Assembly (NCBI GenBank): GCA_038087875.1
Contig: CM075991.1
Span: 8,248,001-8,312,000, forward strand
DNA length: 64,000 bases
Origin: Malacoraja senta
Lineage: Eukaryota
Direction of reading: 5' to 3'
Part shown: piece after piece, positions 35,193-48,107 of the stretch
Layout: every line of letters starts with the position of its first letter
How positions within the stretch are numbered: position 1 is the stretch's first letter
Position numbers and translations under genes: made by a program
Notes under the pieces: generated by a model
The model's database searches: none
Told to the model about the DNA's origin: nothing
The model's input: the letters and a program-made list of their open reading frames with translations, nothing else

Positions 35193-35479
35193 TCCTACTT
35201 CGGGTCTGGACCTTCCCACCCGAACCATCATCTATCCATGTTCTCCGAGGATGCTGCCCGACACATTGATTTACTCCAGAAATGTGTGTCCTTTTTTTTA
35301 CCATTGAACAGACCAGGTTGACCACCCATTTGTTCAATGGTTCTTCCATTGTGACGGTATTATTGCAACAACAACTGCTGAAGGTGTAGAACCACATATT
35401 AACCAGATCAAGTAAGGATGGCAGATATCCTTGATGGTAGATGGAAGTATCTCTGGATACTTTCAAGAGAGAGCTTGAT

Positions 35480-36240
35480 ACCCCACAATTAAAATGTGGA
35501 TTACGGACATGACTGAGACCTTGCATTTGGAAAAAAATAAGATTTGTCTTAATTGACAAACCAGAATTATTTGTTAGAATAATTTGGTCTCCATTTATTG
35601 AATTCTTAAAAATAGTTCTGAGCTAACGTCATTTCAAAGATGTTTCCTTAATTATGGTTTGATAATGGCAAAAATACTTATAATTAAATTCTGGAAAAAC
35701 GCACCTATCCCAACGTTTAAAATGTGGATTACAAATATGTTGGAAATGTTACATCTCGAGGAAATGAAACTTGTTCTAGCAGGAAAACCAGAACAATTCT
35801 TTAAGATGTGGTCGCCTTATAATGATTTATTACAAGTATAATATGGTGCAACATAACCCTGGAAAGTAACCATTTCAGAACTAGGTGAGGGGTGTGTAAC
35901 GTTACGAATTAGGCACAGTCACTTTTTTTTTCTCTGTTTAGTTATACTTTTAATGCATTTTCTTCTTATTTCCTTTATTTTCTTAAGGCCCTTTTATTTT
36001 GGGGGCCTTTCGGCTTTTTTGTGGGGTTTTTCCTTCTACACTTCTTTTTTTTAATTTTTTTAATTTTTTATTTATTAGAAGTACATTACATTACAACCAC
36101 ATACATTAGTACTCTACACTTCTAAGGACACAGTCTAATTATCTAATTATCAATCATTAACCGTTAATTATTGCGCCCAACACATCACTACTATCCTCAA
36201 GCTTTTCTTTTTTTCTTTTTCTTTTCTATCAAAAGTATGT
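35480..36240 (+). mobile_element. Two L1-clade ORF2 C-terminal fragments and T-rich 3' UTR sequence
   Basis: AKILIIKFWKNAPIPTFKMWITNMLEMLHLEEMK...FFKMWSPY, with a related copy at ~35480-35610. Confidence 0.7.
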
Positions 36241-37529
36241 ATTATGCTATATACCAGGATTATTATGTATGTAGGTAGACAAAAATGCTGGAGAAACTCA
36301 GCGGGTGCAGCAGCATCTATGGAGCGGAGGAAATAGGCAACGTTTCGGGCCGAAACCCTTCTTCAGACTTGCAACGTTTCGGGCCGATACCCTTCTTCAG
36401 AACATAGATACATAGATACATAGAAAATAGGTGCAGGAGTAGGCCATTCGGCCCTTCGAGCCTGCACCGCCATTCAATATGATCATGGCTGATCATCCAA
36501 CTCAGTATCCCGTACCTGCCTTCTCTCCATACCCCCTGATCCCCTTAGCCACAAGGGCCACATCTAACTCCCTCTTCAATATAGCCAATGAACTGGCCTC
36601 TCTAACACTCCACTGCAAAATCTCCTCAAGGTATGCCTACTTTGAAGAAGTTCTCCTCCTCTCTCCGGAGACAGTTCCACAACCACCTCTCTAACCATAG
36701 ATGCTGCTGCACCCGCTGAGTTTCTCCAGCATTTTTGTGTACCTTCGATTTTCCAGCATCTGCAGTTCCTTCTTAAACACTTATTATGTATGTACATTGC
36801 TTCTAATAAAAATAAAATTAAAAAAATAAAAATAAAAATAAATCAAGTGAATTGGTTTAACACCAAATCAGGGTTGAAACTTGAGTTTGGGATTGGATGA
36901 ATACGTATACTTAATATCTCCTGGATCTATCTCCACAATCTTGTTATTTGTAATCTCTTTTTTCGTCTTCTTTTTCTCTCTATTAGTTTAGAGTTTCTCT
37001 TATCTTTTTCTCTCTTTCTCTTTATTCTTAAAAAAAAAAATTAAAATTGAAGCTATGTAAGAAATCTGTAATTAAATTGTCGCTCACTACTAATTGTAAA
37101 CATGCTTCTAATAAAAATATTTACAAACAAAAAAAAGAGAGAGCTAGATAGGGCTCTTAAAAATAGCGGAGTCAGGGGATATGGGGAGAAGGCAGGAACG
37201 GGGTACTGATTGGGGATGATCAGCCATGATCACATTGAATGGTGGTGCTGGCTCGAAGGGCCGAATGGCCTACTCCTGCACCTATTGTCTATTGTCTATT
37301 GTCTATTTGTCTTTGTGACAATCTGGCAGTTTCATGGTTACTTTTACAGAATGTCATTCTGCTCGATTTAATTCATTGAGTTTGAACTCCTGTCCCTTTC
37401 TTTTACTGGTAACACAAACCAAACTACACGGACCCGGAGATGATACAAATAGATGAAAAATCCATCCCTCTGATGAACTGGAAAATTCCAAATTCATGTT
37501 GGCTTCAATGGAAAATATATTGGGATTGT

Positions 37530-37970
37530 GCGTTTGATGGCACTGGGCCTGTACTCGCTGGAGTTTGGAAGGATGAGGGGAGACCTCATTGAAACATACC
37601 GAACAATGGAAAGGCCTGGATTGAGTGGATGTGGAGAGGATGCTTCCGCTAGTGGGAGAGTCTAGGACAAGAGGCCACGGCTTCAGAATAAAAGGACGTA
37701 CGTACCTTCAGGAAGGAGATGAGGAGGAATTTCTTTAGTCAGAGGGTGGTGAATCTGTGGAATTCATTGCCACAGAAAGCTGTGGAGGCCGTCAATGGAT
37801 ATTTTTAACGACGGAGATTGATAGATTCTTACCCTTAGTAATGGTGTCAGGGGTTACGTGGAGAAGGCAGGAGAATGGGGTTCAGAGGGAAAGATAGATC
37901 AGCCATGATTGAATGGCGGAGTAGACCTGATGGGCCGAATGGCCTCATTCCGATCTAAGAACTTATGAAC
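37530..37970 (+). mobile_element. CR1/HER1 LINE 3' fragment
   Basis: LGLYSLEFGRMRGDLIETY... followed by the 3' UTR. Confidence 0.85.
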
Positions 37971-38717
37971 ATTATCAGGCATCATGGCCAAGGTTTGCTC
38001 TCCCAGTCTGTGTTGATGGTCAAAGGGAGATACAGCATGGAAACAGGCCCTTCAGTCTACCATGTCCACATCGATTGTCAAGCACCCATTTATCCTAAAC
38101 TTATATTAACACTTTAAAAAAAAATCTCCAGACAAATTCTCCCACTCACCTGCACGCTGATGCCTATTTGTAGTTGTCAATTAAGCTGCCAATCCACACA
38201 TTTTTGGCTGATGGGAGGAAACTGAAGCCCCCAGAAGAAACCAATATAATCTCAGGGAGACTGTACAAACTCAGGAGGAGGGAGGGAGGGGGGGGGTGCA
38301 CGTTGGTGCAGCGGTAGAGTTGTTGCCTTACAGCACCAGGGACCCGGGTTCGATCCTGACTACGGGTGCTGTCTGTATGGACTGTGTGACCTGCGTGGGT
38401 TTTCTCCAGGTGCTCCTGTTTCCTCCCACACTCCGAAGACGTGCAGATTGTGGAAGCCTAGTTTTTGGGCGTTTCTAAAGTGCAGATTGATAGGTTCTTG
38501 GTCAGTAGGGCCATGAACGGTTAGGGGCAGAAGGCAGCGGTTTGAGGTGGGAAAATAGATCAGTCGTGATTGAATGGATGTGCAGATTCGATGGGCCGAA
38601 TGGCCTAATTCTGCCGCATAGTCTTACGATAAACAGACTCCTGCAACACATTCTCCAAGGGAATGTAGAGTGATTAGGTCATCCAGAGCTCAGGACTATG
38701 ATCCCCAGTTGGAGTCT

Positions 38718-39005
38718 AGGCGGCACAGTGGCACAGCGGTAGAGTTGCTGCCTTACAGTGCCAGAGACCCGGGTTCGATCCTGTCTCTACGAAGTTTGTA
38801 CGTTCTCCCCGTGACCTGCGTGGGTTTTCTCCGGGTGCCTCCCACGCTCCAAAGACGTGCAGGTTCGTAGGTTAATTGGTTACAATTTTACCTAGCGTGT
38901 GTGTAGGATAGTGTAAGTGTGCGGGGACCGCTGGTCGGCGCTGACACGGCGGGCCGAAGGGCCTGTTTCCGCGCTGTATCTATAAACGAAACTAAAACTA
39001 AACTT
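38718..39005 (+). mobile_element. HE1-like V-SINE
   Basis: GGCGGCACAGTGGCACAGCGGTAGAG head and AAACT-type tail. Confidence 0.85.
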
Positions 39006-39541
39006 AGAGTCAGAAGAAGAAGTTTATTTTCAGAAAGAATACATTTTAGAATGACCCTAACAACTGCTGAAAACCGATGGCACCCATTCCTTCTGTCCAG
39101 AGATGCTGCCTGTCCTGTTGAGTCGATCTTCTGCTGAAAAGTTGAGTTGGGAACAGAATACTCTCCCATCCCCCACTCCACCCTGAGGAGTTGCAGCATA
39201 CACCTTGGTAATTAGTAATGATAGGGCTGTATATCCTGTACATTGTGCACTGTTGCCTGCCTCGGCTGTGATCTGAGCCCTGGTGTAACAGAGACCCTTT
39301 CATTGATAAATGTAATGGAGCTCGCCCATTAATGTTTCAAAGAGATGCTGGCCTGCTGTTTTTGCCATGGACGTATTTTGCTATATATATATATGGAAGA
39401 TAGACACTCAGCGGGTGTCTGAAGAAGGGTCTCGACCCGAAACGTCACCCATTCCATCTCTCCAGAGATGCTGCCTGTCCCGCTGAGTTATTTGTGGCTA
39501 TCTTCGATTTAAAACCAGCATCTGCTGTTTTTTCCTATATA

Positions 39542-41146
39542 CAGTGGCTTGCAAAAGTTTTCATACCCCTTGAACTTTTCCACATTTTGTCACGTTACAA
39601 CCACAAACGTAAATGTATTTTATTGGGATTTTATGTGATAGACCAACACAAAGTGGTGCTTAATTGTGAAGCGGAAGGAAAATGATACATGGTTTTCAAA
39701 TTCGTTTACAAATAAAAAACGGAAAAGTGTCGCGTGCAAAAGTATTCAGCCCCCCTGTCAATACTTTGTAGAACCACCTTTCGCTGCAATTACAGCTGCA
39801 AGTCTTTTGGGGTATGTCTCTACCAGCTTTGCACATCTAGAGACTGAAATTTTTTCCCATTCTTCTTTGCAAAATAGCTCAAGCTCAGTCAGATTGGATG
39901 GAGAGCATCTGTGAACAGCAATTTTCACGTCTTGCCAGAGATTCTCAATTGGATTTAGGTCTGGACTTTGACTGGGCCATTCTAACACATGAATATGCTT
40001 TGATCTAAACCATTCCATTGTAGCTCTGACTGTATGTTTAGGGTCGTTGTCCTGCTGGAAGGTGAACCTCCGCCCCAGTCTCGTCTTTTGCAGACTCTAA
40101 CAGGTTTTCTTCCAAGATTGCCCTGTATTTGGCTCCATCCATCTTCCCATCAACTCTGACCAGCTTCCCTGTCCCTGCTGAAGAAAAGCATCCCCACAGC
40201 ATGATGCTGCCACCACCATGTTTCACAGTGGGGATGGTGTGTTCAGGGTGATGTGCAGTGTTAGGTTTCCGCCACACATAGCGTTTTGCATTTAGGCCAA
40301 AAACTTCAATTTTGGTCTCATCTGACCAGAGCACCTTCCTCCACATGTTTGCTGTGTCCCCCACATGGCTTGTGGCAAACTGCAAACGGGACTTTTTTTT
40401 TCAACAATGGCTTTCTTCTTGCCACTCTTCCATAAAGGCCCGATTTGTGGAGTGCACGACTAATACGTGTCCTGTGGACAGATTCTCCCACCTGAGCTGT
40501 GGATCTCTGCAGCTCCTCCAGAGTTACCATGGGCCTCTTGGCTGCTTCTCTGATCAATGCTCTCCTTGCCCGGCCTGTCAGTTTAGGTGGACGGCCATGT
40601 CTTGGTAGGTTTGCAGTTGTGCCATACTCTTTCCATTTTCGGATAATGGATTGAACAGTGCTCCGTGAGATGTTCAAAGCTTGGGATATTTGTTTATAAC
40701 CTAACCCTGCTTTAAACTTCTCCACAACTTTATCCCTGACCTGTCTGGTGTGTTCCTAGGGCTTCATGATGCTGTTTGTTCACTAATGTTCTCTAACAAA
40801 CCTCTGAGGCCTTCACAGAACAGCTGTATTTATACTGAGTTTTGATTACACACAAGTGGACTCTATTTACTAATTAGGTGACTTCTGAAGGCAATTGGTT
40901 GCATTGGATTTTATTTAGGGGTATCAGAGTAAAGGGGGCTGAATACTTTTGCACGCGACACTTTTCAGTTTTTTATTTGTAAAAAAATTTGAAAACCATG
41001 TATCATTTTCCTTCCACTTCACAATTATGCGCCACTTTGTGTTGGTCTATCACATAAAATCCCAATAAAATACATTTACGTTTGTGGTTGTAATGTGACA
41101 AAATGTGGAAAAGTTCAAGGGGTATGAATACTTTTGCAAGCCACTG
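39542..41146 (-). mobile_element. Full-length Tc1 DNA transposon (IR/DR type), 1605 bp
   Basis: TIRs of ~213 bp beginning CAGTGGCTTGCAAAAG, TA on both sides, and a GCAAAAGTATTCA direct repeat at the outer and inner TIR ends. Confidence 0.97.
39758..40767 (-). pseudogene. Tc1 DD34E transposase, disrupted by a TAG at codon 4 and two frameshifts (~40390, ~40080)
   Basis: Paired-like HTH region (GLGYKQISQALNISRSTVQSIIRKWKEYG..GRPPKL), [15 protein letters not shown] and SPDLNPIE, with 34 residues between the second D and the E. Confidence 0.95.
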
Positions 41147-41196
<50 letters not shown>

Positions 41197-41954
41197 CACA
41201 CACACACAAAATGCTCAGCTGGACAGGCAGCATCTCGGGATAGGAATTTCTTTCTGGATTGAAGGATTGCGTGACGTTTCGGGTCGAGACCCTTCTTCAG
41301 ACTGGAAGTTTTAGTTTAAGAAGGAACTGCAGATGCTGGAAAATCGAAGGTAGACAAAAATGCTGGAGAAACTCAGCGGGTGGAGCAGCATCTATGGAGC
41401 GAAGGAAATAGGCAACGTTTCGGGCCGAAACCCTTCTTCAGACTGGAGGAAATAGGCAACGTTTCGGGCCGAAACCCTTCCGGGTTTCGGGCCGAAACGT
41501 TGCCTATTTCCTTCGCTCCATAGATGCTGCTGCACCCGCTGAGTTTCTCCAGCATTTTGTCTACCTTGGAAATTTGAGTTCCATTGTCGGTGTAACTCAT
41601 TATCACCTCGTCCACATCCAACAATGGACCATTTCCTTGATCACTTGATTACTTTTTTTTGCATGTCTTTCATTCTTTTGTTCCACTTTTCTCTACATCA
41701 CCGTCTATATCTCTCGTTTCCCTTTCCCCTGACTCTCAGTCTGAGGAAGGGTCTCGACCTGACCCGCAATGTCACCAGTGATGCTCTCTGACCTGCTTAG
41801 TTACTCCATCACTTTGATGTCTATCTTTGGCGTACACATTACAACTTGTGGTTCCCACATGACAATGCGGCCTGCATTTCTGCACTAGTTCACCGGTTGT
41901 ATGAAAATGTGGGTGTTCAGAGTCGATGTCAGGCATTACTTAAATCCTTAATTT

Positions 41955-42858
41955 TGTGAGGAGGATGCTAGGAGACTGCAAGGTGACTTGGATAGGCTGG
42001 GTGAGTGGGCAAATGTTTGGCAGATGCAGTATAATGTGGATAAATGTGAGGTTATCCATTTTGGTGGCAAAAACAGGAAAGCAGACTATTTTCTAAATGG
42101 TGGCCGACTAGGAAAAGGGGAGATGCAGCGAGACCTGGGTGTCATGCTACACCAGTCATTGAAAGTAGGCATGCAGGTGCAGCAGGCAGTGAAGAAAGCG
42201 AATGGTATGTTAGCTTTCATAGCAAAAGGATTTGAGTATAGGAGCAGGGAGGTTCTACTGCAGTTGTACAGGGTCTTGGTGAGACCACACCTGGAGTATT
42301 GCGTACAGTTTTGGTCTCCAAATCTGAGGAAGGACATTATTGCCATAGAGGGAGTGCAGAGAAGGTTCACCAGACTGATTCCTGGGATGTCAGGACTGTC
42401 TTATGAAGAAAGACTGGATAGACTTGGTTTATACTCTCTAGAATTTAGGAGATTGAGAGGGGATCTTATAGAAACTTACAAAATTCTTAAGGGGTTGGAC
42501 AGGCTAGATGCAGGGAAGATTGCTCCCGATGTTGGGGAAGTCCAGGACAAGGGGGTCACAGCTTAAGGATAAGGGGGAAATCCTTTAAAACCGAGATGAG
42601 AAGAACTTTTTTCACACAGAGAGTGGTGAATCTCTGGAACTCTCTGCCACAGAGGGTAGTCGAGGCCAGTTCATTGGCTATATTTAAGAGGGAGTTAGAT
42701 GTGGCCCTTGTGGCTAAAGGGATCAGAGTGTATGGAGAGAAGGCAGGTACGGGATACTGAGTTGGATGATCAGCCATGATCATATTGAATGGCGGTGCAG
42801 GCTCGAAGGGCCGAATGGCCCACTCCTGCACCTAATTTCTATGTTTCTATGTTTCTAT
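41955..42858 (+). mobile_element. CR1/HER1 LINE, 5'-truncated, with (TTTCTATG)n tail
   Basis: ORF 41988-42566 (LQLYRVLVRPHLEYCVQFWSP...RRLRGDLIETYKIL), a frameshift near 42520 and the 3' UTR. Confidence 0.95.
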
Positions 42859-43187
42859 GTACATGTTTATGATTACATTGAAGGCAGCCATTGCAAGTTC
42901 TTTGTACAGATATAATGGCATCATTTAAGAGGCGTTTAGGCAGCCTCATGAACAGGCAGGGACTAGAGAGATAGAGAGATAGAGAGACCACACAGGCAAA
43001 TGGGACTAGTGTAGGAAGGAACAGCAGATGCTGGTTTAAATCGAAGACAGACACAAAAAGCTGGAGTAACTCTGCGGGTCAGACAGCATCTCTGGAGAAA
43101 AGGAATAGGTGACGTTTCAGGTCGAGACTCTTCTTCAGACTCAGGGGGAAGGGAAATGAGATATAGATGTTAATACAGGGAGACATC

Positions 43188-43222
43188 AGTCTGAAGAAGG
43201 GTCTCGACCCGAAACGTCACCT
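43188..43222 (+). ncRNA. Minimal type I hammerhead-ribozyme core in a Penelope pLTR (representative of many copies)
   Basis: CTGAAGA (43191-97), A, GGGT-ctcg-ACCC, GAAA, CG, TC. Stem III is reduced to the palindrome ACGT, and stem I has only ~2 bp. Confidence 0.6.
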
Positions 43223-43705
43223 ATTCCTTCACTCCATAGATGCTGCCTCACCCGCTGAGTTTCTCCAACATTTCTGTCTACCTGTGATTGTGATACAGCT
43301 TGGTTTGTGAACAGCTCTGCCAAAGACCACAAGAAATTGCAGAGTCAGATATCACCGGGTTCCACTGTTGACTACATCTGCACTTCACGCCTAATCAACA
43401 TGATCAAAGACTAGTCCCATCCTGGTCATTCCTTCTTCTCCCTGCTACCATCTGGGAGAAGGTACAGAAGCTTCAAAACAAAGATCATCGAGTGGATCTT
43501 TGCTTCAAAATAGAAAACCACCAGTGTCGGGAACGGCTTCTCCCCCTCTGTTATCAGGCTTCTGAACGGTCCTTCCATGAGCTAGGGTACTGTCCGATTC
43601 ACCTCTACCCCACTGTGGACATTGGACATTGTCTATGGGACTGATGCGCTACAATGCTGAGAACTATATTCCGCATGGTGAATATATCTTTGGTCTGTCT
43701 ATGGT

Positions 43706-44337
43706 TGAATGAATGAAGGAATGAATGAAGGAAGGAAGGAATGAAGGAAGGAAGGAATGAATGAAGGAAGGAAGGAATGAGTGAAGGAATGAATGAATGA
43801 CGGAAGGAAGGAAGGAAGGAATGAAGGAATGAAGGAATGAGTGAAGGAATGAATGAATGACGGAAGGAAGGAAGGAAGGAATGAAGGAATGAATGAATGA
43901 AGGAATGAATGAATGAATGAAGGAATGAAGGAAGGAAGGAATGAATGAAGGAAGGAAGGAATGAGTGAAGGAATGAATGAATGACGGAAGGAAGGAAGGA
44001 AGGAATGAAGGAATGAATGAATGAAGGAATGAATGAATGAATGAAGGAATGAAGGAAGGAAGGAATGAATGAAGGAAGGAATGAATGAAGGAATGAATGA
44101 ATGAATGAAGGAAGGAAGGAAGGAAGGAATGAAGGAATGAATGAAGGAATGAAGGGATGAATGAAGGAAGGAAGGAATGAATGAAGGAAGGAATGAATGA
44201 ATGAATGAATGAAGGAAGGAAGGAAGGAAGGACTGAATGAATGAATGAAGGAATGAATGAAGGAAGGAATGAATGAATGAATGAATGAAGGAAGGAAGGA
44301 AGGAAGGACTGAATGAAGGAAGGAAGGAATGAATGAA
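43706..44337. repeat. Compound (GAAT)/(GAAG)n microsatellite
   Basis: Seen directly. Confidence 0.97.
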
Positions 44338-45157
44338 AACTAGACTTGAATATATTTATCGAAGGTAAAGGAAGGAACTGCAGATGCCGGTTTAAACCGA
44401 AGACCGTCACAAAAAAGCAGGAGTAACTCAGCGGGACAGGCAGCATCACTGGAGAGAAGGAACGGGTGACGTTTCGGGTCGAGACCCTTCTTCAGACTAG
44501 TTAGGGAAAAGGGAATCGAGTGGTGTCAAGAGATAAGGAACAATGAATGAAAGATAGGCAAAAAAAGTAACGATGATGAACGAAAGCGGCCATTGTGAAC
44601 GGCTTATGTAAGGTCCATCTGATTTTTTTGGAAAGCATGCAAAAACAAAGTGTTTCACTGTACCTCGGTACACGTGACAATAATAAACCTAAACACGGGA
44701 GAAGGTCATGTGGTGATTGTATTTACTGTGCAGGTAGAGGTATCATCAATAATAGTCAAATATATATTTGAATATAGATGAGCTTTGGCGCAAGAATCAC
44801 TTCTCTGACCTTGGAGAATAAGTCAGAGGTGGTTTTTTTTTTTACAATGGTTCACAGTTTTACTGACAAGTATATTACAATGTCTCTTGACACTGGCTGC
44901 AACGTCAGGAAATGGCTCCTGGAAGTGGTTGAGGTTTCTATTGACTAGTACTGGGGAGCATTCACACCTCTTTTGTGCTGACGACCACTCTGTGAATGCA
45001 TTTCCCAGCTAACCGGAAGCCGCTGTTTCCTGTGGGTGAAGTCGCCGTTCAGCTGAAATCCCTGAGGATTTTCACAAATTCACAAGTTATTTGGGGGGGA
45101 GGATAAATCGAAGACAGACACAAAAAAACTGGAGTAACTCAGCGGGACAGGCAGCAT

Positions 45158-45560
45158 CAAAGATCCTATAGCGAGCAAGGAAGACCACTCGACGAAAAAG
45201 ACGTAGTACGGCCATGGGCAGATTCATGGGTAATTTTCGGCCCCATTTCCGTAACCGGCTTCCGTCTCCGCACCAAAGATCCCCATAGCGGAGCAAAGAT
45301 AACTAGTGCGGAGACGGAAGCCGGTTACGGAAACATCCTCGTAAAAATCAAAGTTCTTTGGTAAAAATCTTCTCATTTTCAGAATTATAATTGATTAACG
45401 CAAACTGTTCCCCCGCAACGTTGATTACACTGCGAGTCGGGTCGGGTTGGGTTAAGGAAATGGATGAAAAAAAGGCCCAGGTTCCGCTCCGTTGCGTACT
45501 ACACGTCAGCCCATTGCATTTAGCAGGAGTGGTCTATCTTGGTCCGCTATAGGATCTTAG
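45158..45560. mobile_element. 403-bp MITE with an 8-bp TSD (P-like or hAT), inserted in a Penelope pLTR
   Basis: TSD GGCAGCAT at 45150-57 and 45561-68; imperfect TIRs of ~33 bp, CAAAGATCCTATAGCG... and ...CGCTATAGGATCTTAG. Confidence 0.9.
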
Positions 45561-45904
45561 GGCAGCATCTCTGGAGGGAAGGAATGGGTGACGTTTCGGG
45601 TCGAGACCCTTCTTCAGACTGATCGTGTGTGGTGAGGGGGGGGGGGGGGGGCTCATCTGGGGACCTTCTGATAAACCTGAAACATTAACTGTGTTTTACC
45701 TACCACAGATGCTGGCCCCATAACAGAAGCGTCCACGTCACGGGGGCTGGACACTGGAGGTATCCCCAGCTAATTCTGCTACCACCATCAACTATTGCAA
45801 CAAGTGATGGCTCCCACTGATTGTCGCCGGAAGCCTGCGTCCTTTTCATAGGCCTGAAACCTTCCACAGCTCCACAACCCTCCCATCTTCCTCTTGAGTC
45901 AACT

Positions 45905-46157
45905 GTCTTTTTCTCACAGAGCGTGGTGAGTCTGTGGAATTCTCTGCCTCAGAGGGCGGTGGAGGCAGGTTCTCTGGATGCTTTCAAGAGAGAGCTGGAT
46001 AGGGCTCTTAAAAATAGCGGAGTCAGGGGATATGGGGAGAAGGGCAGGAACGGGTTACTGATTGGGAATGATCAGCCATGATCACATTGAATGGCGGTGC
46101 TGGCTCGAAGGGCCGAATGACCTACTCCTCCACCTATTGTCTGTTGTCTATTGTCTG
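45905..46157 (+). mobile_element. CR1 3' end with (CTATTGT)n tail
   Basis: FFSQSVVSLWNSLPQRAVEAGSLDAFKRELD. Confidence 0.85.
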
Positions 46158-46370
46158 TTGGCACTGACATGAATCCGTCCCCCATTTTGTAATTCACACT
46201 TATACTGCTAAAGCTCCTAGCTCCCTGTCTAACTCTCTCTGTCTCTTTACCTCTCTCTCCTTTTTAAAGCCACTACATTTAGTTTGGCCAATCATTTGAT
46301 CCTCTAATTTAATGTCCATGTTTTGATTTGACTAACGATAGTCCTATAGATTCAGATTCAGGTTCGATTA

Positions 46371-46690
46371 GGGCGGTACGGTGACGCAGCGGTAGAGCTG
46401 CTGCCTTACAACGCTTTGCAGCACCAGAGATCCGGGTTCGATCCCGCCTACAGGTGCTTGTCTCTACGGAGTTTGTACGTTTCCCCCCCCGTGACCGCGT
46501 GGGTTTTCTCTGAGATATTCGGTTTCCTCCCACACTCCAAAGACGAAAGGGGTTTTGTTGGTTAATTGGCCTGGTGTCATTGTAAAATTGTCCCTGGTGT
46601 GTGTAGGATAGTGCTAGTGTACGGGGATCGCTGGTCGGTGTGGACTAGGTGGGCCAAAGGGCCTATTTCCGTGCTGTATCTCTAAACTAG
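46371..46690 (+). mobile_element. HE1-like V-SINE, full length
   Basis: GGGCGGTACGGTGACGCAGCGGTAGAG head, V-domain-like core and CR1-derived tail. Confidence 0.85.
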
Positions 46691-47116
46691 GTTGCAGAAG
46701 TTCAAAGTGTAAAGAATATAAATGGGAAACACAACAATAAATGCTGCGGTGATTTCAAAGCAGAATGGTACCAGATTGTGGCACAAATTAAAAGTAGGGC
46801 CTAAAGTATACTGTAATTAAATAACTGAATGCGGTAGTGTTGTGAGTTAGAGTACCTAGCAACACCTCTGGGGAGGGGAAGTAAAAGAGGTGATTAGTTC
46901 TGGAATCTGATAGCAATAAAGAAAAGCTGTTTTAGGTTCTTTCAAGCTCCTGTTTCATCTCAATGATTCAATGGTTTCAATGGTTGAAGTGCCAGCGCAC
47001 AATGAAATTATTTTCTTACAAACAGTGCAGTCGAGTATTGCCATGCCCAAGCACATCCCTGATTAGTAAGTCTGCGGAAATAGTCTATTGATTCCATTCG
47101 CAAGAAGTGCCATGTT

Positions 47117-47540
47117 ATAGACAATAGACAATAGGTGCAGGAGTAGGCCATTTGGCCCTTCGAGCCAGCGCCGCCATTCAATGTGATCATGGCTGATCAT
47201 CCCCAATCAGTACCCGGTTCCGGCCTTCTCCCCATATCCACTTAAAAATGGGAGGTGCTCCTTTTTTGGGTATACCCAAGACTGTCTGAGGTTTGAACCT
47301 GAGACTCCGCTATCTTTAAGAGCCCTATCTAGCTCTCTCTTGAAAGCATCCAGAGAACCTGCCTCCACCGCCCTCTGAGGCAGAGAATTCCACAGACTCG
47401 CCACTCTCTGTGAGAAAAAGTGTTTCCTCGTCTCCGTTCTAAATGGCCTACACCTTATTCTTAAAGTGTGGCCCCTGGTTCTGGACCACCCCAACATCGG
47501 GAACATGTTTCCTGCCTCTAGCGTGTCCAAGCCCTTAACA
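47117..47540 (-). mobile_element. CR1 3' fragment
   Basis: ORF 47207-47530. Confidence 0.85.
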
Positions 47541-47572
47541 ATCTATGTTTATGTTTTATTTTGCTACAGTAA

Positions 47573-47883
47573 AGGGCCTGTTCCACTTACGCGATATTTT
47601 TCGGCGACTTGCCGGCACCCGTCAAGCAGGTTCCCGAATATTTTCAACATGTTGAAAATCCAGCGGCCACCAGAAAAAGGTACGGCTCTTTGGGCGACTA
47701 CTCACGACCATACAGGTGTCACGTGTCGATATGTCGCGGGGTGACGCCTGTATGGTCGTGAGTAGTCGCCTAAAGAGTCGTACCTTTTTCTGTTGGCCGC
47801 TGGATTTTCAACATGTTGAAAGATTTCGGGCGACCTGCTGTGACTGTGACACCGAAAAAAATCGCGTAAGTGGGACAGGCCCT
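47573..47883. mobile_element. MITE, Harbinger-like family subtype D, almost entirely palindromic
   Basis: TIRs AGGGCCTGTTCCACTTACGCGA and TCGCGTAAGTGGGACAGGCCCT; the internal arms are also complementary. Confidence 0.88.
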
Positions 47884-47907
47884 TCAAGATACTACCTGAA
47901 AAACTAG

Positions 47908-48107
47908 NNNNNNNNNNNNNNNNNNNNNNNNNNNNNNNNNNNNNNNNNNNNNNNNNNNNNNNNNNNNNNNNNNNNNNNNNNNNNNNNNNNNNNNNNNNNN
48001 NNNNNNNNNNNNNNNNNNNNNNNNNNNNNNNNNNNNNNNNNNNNNNNNNNNNNNNNNNNNNNNNNNNNNNNNNNNNNNNNNNNNNNNNNNNNNNNNNNNN
48101 NNNNNNN
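47908..48107. other. Assembly gap (200 N)
   Basis: Run of N. Confidence 1.

Noticed and set aside
34663..35559. 298-aa ORF as a cellular gene (for example ALKBH8-like or DUF1891 hits)
   Set aside because: The C-terminal part is a Rex1 LINE ORF and the N-terminal part is chance read-through across pLTR and L1 fragments
43664..44449. 261-aa SFIH/SFLP-repeat ORF
   Set aside because: Translation of the (GAAT/GAAG)n microsatellite
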